Positions 42,118 to 45,990 of a stretch of 45,990 nt of DNA are shown here, piece by piece (positions within the stretch are counted from its first letter, which is position 1; each line of letters opens with the position of its first letter). The translations under genes and the position numbers were made by a program. Under the pieces are notes generated by a model. It saw only the letters and a list, made by a program, of their open reading frames with translations, searched no databases and was not told where the DNA came from. The DNA is taken from NCBI GenBank assembly GCA_031398365.1, contig JANNND010000325.1, forward strand, positions 1-45,990, read 5' to 3'. This DNA comes from Blastocatellia bacterium. GTDB lineage: Bacteria; Acidobacteriota; Blastocatellia; RBC074.

Positions 42118-42978
42118 ATGAGTCATTCTATCCCCCCAACATGTGTCGCATTTCAAGGTGAACTAGGCGCATTCAGCACGGACGCCGCCCACAAATTGCT
42201 GGGTGACCGGATTCAACTTATCCCGTGCGAAACGTTCGACTTGATGTTCGCCGCCGTCGAAGCCAGGGACGCAGATTATTGTCTGGCACCATTGGAAAAT
42301 TCGCTTTTTGGTTCGGTCTATCAAAACTATGATTTGTTACTCAAGCATGATTTTCAAATTGTGGGCGAGACGACACTGCGAATTGTTCACAGCTTGATTG
42401 TTGCCCCGGAAACAAAATTGGAACACGTGCGACTGGTCTATTCGCACCCGGTCGCGCTCGGTCAATGCCGCAATTTCCTGCACGCAAATCCAGGCATGAA
42501 ACCAATTGTGGCCTATGACACAGCAGGCAGCGTTAAGCTCATTATGGAAAGCCGCGAAGCCGGAGCAGCCGCCATCGCTAGTGCTTCCGCAGCAGAAGTT
42601 TACGGCGCAGAAGTGATCGTTGTTGGCATTGAGGACGATCCTCAAAACTTCACCCGGTTCTCGTTGCTGGCACGCGCAGAAGAAGCTGCGGCGCACCCGC
42701 CGCCCGAAATTGAAAGCGCCAAAACTTCCATCGTCTTCGCGCTCGAAAACAAAACTGGCTCACTGTATCGCGCGATGGCAGTGTTTGCACTGCGTGATTT
42801 AGACCTTACGAAAATCGAATCACGTCCCCTGATCGGACGTCCCTGGGAATACAGTTTTTACTTGGATTTTATTGGTCATACGGAGGAAAAGCGTGTGCAA
42901 AATGCGCTTGCTCATCTGGCCGAATTTGCCGCGAATGTCAAAGTTCTGGGCTGTTATAAAGCCGCTACCAATTCGTAG
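42118..42978 (+). CDS. pheA: prephenate dehydratase (PDT + ACT domains, monofunctional)
   Basis: VAFQGELGAFS..., the TKIESRP motif, and a C-terminal ACT region. I prefer ATG 42118 because the TTG at 42094 lies inside the hairpin. Confidence 0.9.
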   Translation: MSHSIPPTCVAFQGELGAFSTDAAHKLLGDRIQLIPCETFDLMFAAVEARDADYCLAPLENSLFGSVYQNYDLLLKHDFQIVGETTLRIVHSLIVAPETKLEHVRLVYSHPVALGQCRNFLHANPGMKPIVAYDTAGSVKLIMESREAGAAAIASASAAEVYGAEVIVVGIEDDPQNFTRFSLLARAEEAAAHPPPEIESAKTSIVFALENKTGSLYRAMAVFALRDLDLTKIESRPLIGRPWEYSFYLDFIGHTEEKRVQNALAHLAEFAANVKVLGCYKAATNS

Positions 42979-42979
42979 T

Positions 42980-43029
42980 ACAGACTATTTGTCTGTCGCT
43001 GCCTGAACCCTTACAGACCAATGTCTGTA
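42980..43029 (+). promoter_or_regulatory. two similar short palindromes, ACAGAC-tattt-GTCTGT and TACAGAC-caat-GTCTGTA, between pheA and aroF
   Basis: 42980-42996 and 43012-43029, read directly. Confidence 0.6.
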
Positions 43030-43053
43030 CTACATTTTAAGGAGAGAAACATC

Positions 43054-44079
43054 ATGATCGTTGCAATGATTGCAGGTGCTTCCGAAGCACAAATTGAACA
43101 TATCTGTGAGCGCATCCGCCAATTTGGTTATACGCCACACGTGATTCGCGGTGAAGAACGAACCGTAGTCGCTGCTATTGGTAAGGGCGATAAGAAAGAG
43201 CATATCGAATCGCTCAAATCTGCGGATGGCGTCGAAGATGCGTTTCCTATTTTGCAGCCCTTCAAATTGGTCAGCACTGAAGTCAAAAAAGAAAGATCAA
43301 TCATCAAGGTCGGCGACATCTCTATCGGCGATGGCGGTTTGGTCGTGATGGCTGGCCCGTGTTCGGTCGAAACCCGCGAACAGTTACTGTCCACCGCTGA
43401 ATGCGTCGCCAAAGCAGGCGCACAGATTCTGCCTGGCGGCGCGTACAAACCGCGCACCTCGCCGTATGAATTTCAGGGCTTGGCAGAAGAGGGATTGAAG
43501 TTGTTAGCCGAGGCGCGCGAAAAAACCGGCCTTAAAGTTGTCACCGAAATTTTGAATGCGGAAGATGTGGATTTGGTTGAAGAATACGCAGACATTCTGC
43601 AAGTTGGCGCGCGCAACATGCAGAACTTCGAACTGCTGAAAAAGCTCGGCAAAGTCAGTAAACCCGTGATGCTCAAACGTGGCTTGTCTGCCACGATCAA
43701 AGAATTTCTCCTGTCAGCAGAGTATATCGTTTCCAATGGCAATCCGAACGTGATGTTGTGCGAACGTGGCATCCGCACCTTTGAAACCGCCCTGCGCAAC
43801 ACCTTGGATTTAGGTGTCGTACCGTTGCTCAATGAATTGACTCACTTACCTGTTGTCATTGATCCAAGTCACGGAACCGGCAAGCGCAGCCTTGTCCCGC
43901 CTGTTGCCAGAGCTGCGGTGGCCATTGGTGCTGATGCGATTATGACTGAGGTGCATCCGTTTCCTGAACAAGCCTGGTCAGATGGCCCACAATCGCTTCG
44001 CTTCGAAGAGTTCGATCAAATGATGGCCGACATTCAACCTTACGTGAAGCTACGTCAGCGCTCCTCTGCCGCCGCATAA
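43054..44079 (+). CDS. aroF: 3-deoxy-7-phosphoheptulonate (DAHP) synthase, type I-beta, with an N-terminal ferredoxin-like/ACT-like regulatory domain
   Basis: SD AAGGAGAG before ATG 43054. The N-terminal [43 protein letters not shown] resembles the Thermotoga-type regulatory domain. [16 protein letters not shown] and DPSHGTG. Confidence 0.9.
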   Translation: MIVAMIAGASEAQIEHICERIRQFGYTPHVIRGEERTVVAAIGKGDKKEHIESLKSADGVEDAFPILQPFKLVSTEVKKERSIIKVGDISIGDGGLVVMAGPCSVETREQLLSTAECVAKAGAQILPGGAYKPRTSPYEFQGLAEEGLKLLAEAREKTGLKVVTEILNAEDVDLVEEYADILQVGARNMQNFELLKKLGKVSKPVMLKRGLSATIKEFLLSAEYIVSNGNPNVMLCERGIRTFETALRNTLDLGVVPLLNELTHLPVVIDPSHGTGKRSLVPPVARAAVAIGADAIMTEVHPFPEQAWSDGPQSLRFEEFDQMMADIQPYVKLRQRSSAAA

Positions 44080-44090
44080 TTCAACTCAGC

Positions 44091-44129
44091 AAGTGATTCA
44101 CAGAGGACACGCACTCATGTGAATCACTT
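44091..44129 (+). other. 12-bp perfect inverted repeat after aroF (AAGTGATTCACA...TGTGAATCACTT) carrying the 12-mer CACAGAGGACAC
   Basis: Read directly. There is no U-tract, so its terminator function is uncertain. Confidence 0.5.
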
Positions 44130-44233
44130 TCATCGCTCGCTTGCTCTCGCCCAATCACAGTGGGATAATCCTGCTTACTTTAAAGCGCAATCAAACTTTT
44201 AAGCTTTTCGGATTATTTCACTGGTGTCCCGTT

Positions 44234-44482
44234 ATGCCCGCAAAGAAGAACGCAAAAATTATTTGCAACAACGAAAAAGAATTTTGGATCACGCAAAAAG
44301 AATTCTGGAAGATGGTGCGCGAGGGTGTCGTCAATCAAACAGGTGATTATCCACTCACTGGTCGCTTTCGCGGGCGCGACGATCAATTGCTCGTACTTAT
44401 CAACCACGTTGTCTTAAATAAAGCGACGCCGATTCACACAGAAGAAGTTCTGCAATCTGTCCGCTTCAAAAAACGCAAGTGA
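44234..44482 (+). CDS. small basic hypothetical protein (82 aa)
   Basis: MPAKKNAKIICNNEKEFWITQKEFWKMVREGVV...RFKKRK. No SD and no recognisable family. The longer TTG-initiated version in the track looks non-protein-like. Confidence 0.3.
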   Translation: MPAKKNAKIICNNEKEFWITQKEFWKMVREGVVNQTGDYPLTGRFRGRDDQLLVLINHVVLNKATPIHTEEVLQSVRFKKRK

Positions 44483-44701
44483 GATTCGTCCAATATAAAG
44501 TTGAATTATTTTGCATTTTCTTTGGGAACTTTTGCTAGATACCCGCGTTTGTGTACGCACGTGTGAGGACGATCTAAACATTGATTGAAAGTGGTAAAGT
44601 TTAGAGGAAGGACACCGGCAAGTTTGTCCTGATGCTAGTAGCGTAACTACTTTTTCTCAAGATCGGATCTGAAATAACGTTACATAGAGTGGCTATTCGC
44701 C

Positions 44702-44756
44702 AACGGCAGGCATTCGGAAACTGTGAGGGGTTCCGGGTACCTGCCGTTTTATGTTT
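44702..44756 (+). terminator. plus-strand terminator-like hairpin (AACGGCAGG ... CCTGCCGTT + TTTATGTTT)
   Basis: An outer 9-bp stem encloses an inner CGGAA/TTCCG stem, with a U-rich tail. Confidence 0.45.
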
Positions 44757-44825
44757 GGCATATCTGCCTTACGATTTCCGGGTAAATTTCTGTCAGGATT
44801 TTGGAAGCAGCCCTGCATTCGCCCT

Positions 44826-44977
44826 TTACATAGAGTGCGCCGGGTGCTGCCGGCTACTGGCGCCGGAGGGAACGCCGGTGATGCAAATCATTGGCGTTCC
44901 GTTCGTAGTTTCTTCATCATCCTCCTTTGACTCCTTTCGTGCCGAAACTGTTTTGAGCTTCGGCATTTCTTTTTTCT
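44826..44977 (+). ncRNA. candidate structured small RNA of about 130-150 nt (family unknown)
   Basis: A GC-rich nested set of helices: GCGCC...GGCGC, then GGAACGCC-GG-TGAT-GCAA-ATCA-TT-GGCGTTCC with a GNRA loop. A single-stranded CCUCCUUU stretch follows, then a strong terminator. No plus-strand gene lies downstream. Confidence 0.3.
44940..44977 (+). terminator. plus-strand rho-independent terminator
   Basis: TGCCGAA-(12 nt)-TTCGGCA followed by TTTCTTTTTTCT. On the minus sense the U-tract is missing. Confidence 0.7.
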
Positions 44978-44986
44978 GGAATCAGT

Positions 44987-45262
44987 TCACCCACCAGCAA
45001 TCGCCGGGACGATTGAAATTTCTGACTGCTCATTGACAGGCGTTTGTAGCTGGTTCAAGAAGCGAATATCTTCGCCGTCCACATAAACATTGATGAACCG
45101 GCGCAAATCACCATTTTCTTCACAAAGGCGCGCTTTGATGCCTGGATATTGCGTTTCGAGTTGCTGAAACACTTCGCTAATCGTCGAACATTGCACACTG
45201 ACCAGTTCGACGCCATCGGTAAATTTGCGCAGCGGAGTTGGGATAATTACTGTTTGTGCCAT
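44987..45262 (-). CDS. MoaD/ThiS-family ubiquitin-like sulfur carrier protein (CysO-like), C-terminal GG
   Basis: [17 protein letters not shown]......[15 protein letters not shown]...[12 protein letters not shown] has the same pattern as M. tuberculosis CysO (…HRFVNIYVNDEDVRF…VTILPAVAGG). Confidence 0.85.
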   Translation of the reverse strand: MAQTVIIPTPLRKFTDGVELVSVQCSTISEVFQQLETQYPGIKARLCEENGDLRRFINVYVDGEDIRFLNQLQTPVNEQSEISIVPAIAGG

Positions 45263-45280
45263 TGGGGTCTCCTCGAAAAT

Positions 45281-45990
45281 TTATGAACCGGTCGCTGCCG
45301 ACTTGTTTTTGAAAGCCTTTGCTTCAAAGGCCGCGAGTTTCGGCTCAATCGCCTCCAACTCTTCCAACGTCAACGCTTCGGTCGTCTTCAAACCGTTGCC
45401 GGTAATCGCAATGACAATTGTGTCCTTTGCGGTCAAGCGACCTTGCGCAATCAACTTCTGCGTTGTAGCAATTGTCACGCCGCCAGCGGTTTCGGCGAAA
45501 ATGCCTTCTGTTTCCGCCAGCAATTGAATCGCCTTGACGATTTCGACATCGTCTACATCTTCCGACCAGCCGCCCGAATTGGTAATCACGCCCGTCGCAA
45601 AATAACCATCGGCTGGATTGCCAATTGCCAAGGACTTCGCAATAGTATTCGGTTTGACGGGGCGAATGTCACGCGTGCCAGCTTTAACTGCGGCGGCGAT
45701 TGGATTGCAACCTGTCGCCTGCGCGCCAAAGAAACGTGTTTGTTTTTCCTCGACCAACCCAAGCTTTGCCAGTTCGCCAAAGCCCTTGTAAATCTTTGTA
45801 ATCAACGAACCGCCCGCCATCGGCACAACGACCGCGTCTGGTGTGCGCCAGCCTAAGCTCTCCGCGATTTCATAACCAAATGTCTTTGAGCCTTCGCCAT
45901 AAAATGGGCGCAGGTTCACGTTGACGAATCCGATGTTGTGGCGACCTGCGATTTCGCTGCACAGGCGGTTCACATCGTCGTAATTCCCTT
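45281..45990 (-). CDS. thrC: threonine synthase-like PLP enzyme, C-terminal about 236 aa (the 5' part lies outside the window)
   Basis: The frame is open to the window edge (…GNYDDVNRLCSEIAG…). NLRPFYGEGSKTFGYEIAESLGW..PDAVVVPMAGGSLI...AKSLAIGNPADG...VKAIQLLAETEGIFAETAGG...ITGNGLK is the ThrC-type pattern. Confidence 0.8.
   Translation of the reverse strand, partial: GNYDDVNRLCSEIAGRHNIGFVNVNLRPFYGEGSKTFGYEIAESLGWRTPDAVVVPMAGGSLITKIYKGFGELAKLGLVEEKQTRFFGAQATGCNPIAAAVKAGTRDIRPVKPNTIAKSLAIGNPADGYFATGVITNSGGWSEDVDDVEIVKAIQLLAETEGIFAETAGGVTIATTQKLIAQGRLTAKDTIVIAITGNGLKTTEALTLEELEAIEPKLAAFEAKAFKNKSAATGS

Noticed and set aside
43021-43053. Upstream ATG (43021) as the DAHP synthase start
   Set aside because: It lies inside the second TACAGAC/GTCTGTA palindrome and has no SD. 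ATG 43054 has AAGGAGAG at ideal spacing and starts exactly at the conserved regulatory-domain sequence MIVAM...
44689-45036. 115-aa plus-strand ORF in the convergent intergenic region
   Set aside because: It reads through two terminator hairpins and overlaps the 3' end of the well-supported cysO-like gene. The composition is low-complexity and Cys/Phe-rich with no family resemblance. The region is better explained as structured non-coding RNA.

Overview
This is a 45,990-bp bacterial chromosomal window. I found no rRNA, tRNA, CRISPR array, transposase or integrase. Gene content (ECF-type sigma/anti-sigma next to a TPR-CHAT protein, PD40/NHL giant proteins, an FtsX-AttH transporter) resembles Acidobacteriota-like soil diderms, but taxonomy cannot be settled from this sequence alone. 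I support about 37 protein genes.

Layout:
- 1-13.1 kb: a co-directional minus-strand array. It runs ECF-like sigma, anti-sigma-like membrane protein, secreted TPR-CHAT protease, a 1317-aa secreted hydrolase with 7 LGFP repeats, an M4 metalloprotease with a C-terminal propeller-like repeat domain, then small secreted proteins. Four intergenic regions in this array share the 8-mer GCGACATG.
- 13.2-25.1 kb: mostly housekeeping genes. These are an HPS-like gene, ftsK, prfB with its programmed +1 frameshift, a DUF433/DUF5615 pair, chrA, scpB, scpA, trpS and an M50 protease.
- 25.2-30.6 kb: a yhhQ-like / ABC ATPase / FtsX permease / AttH-like operon with an odd 178-nt structured spacer.
- 31.4-38.6 kb: an operon of a 1513-aa IPT/beta-helix/NHL protein, a TolB-like propeller, a PqqD (RRE) protein with a Gly/Ala/Ser tail ending in Ser, and an HprK-like kinase. 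No lasso-peptide machinery is present. This is my best candidate for an undescribed system.
- 38.6-39.4 kb: a 741-nt non-coding divergent region.
- 39.4-44.1 kb: htrA, an SOD-family gene, and pheA-aroF. The pheA-aroF pair is preceded by an unannotated 36-codon leader ORF (WRFYFSFYFSNY) with alternative hairpins, a candidate aromatic-amino-acid attenuator.
- 44.5-45.0 kb: structured non-coding DNA with plus-strand terminators, possibly sRNA(s).
- 45.0-46.0 kb: a CysO/MoaD-like sulfur carrier plus a partial threonine-synthase-like gene.

All calls come from reading the sequence and ORF translations by eye. No database search was run.
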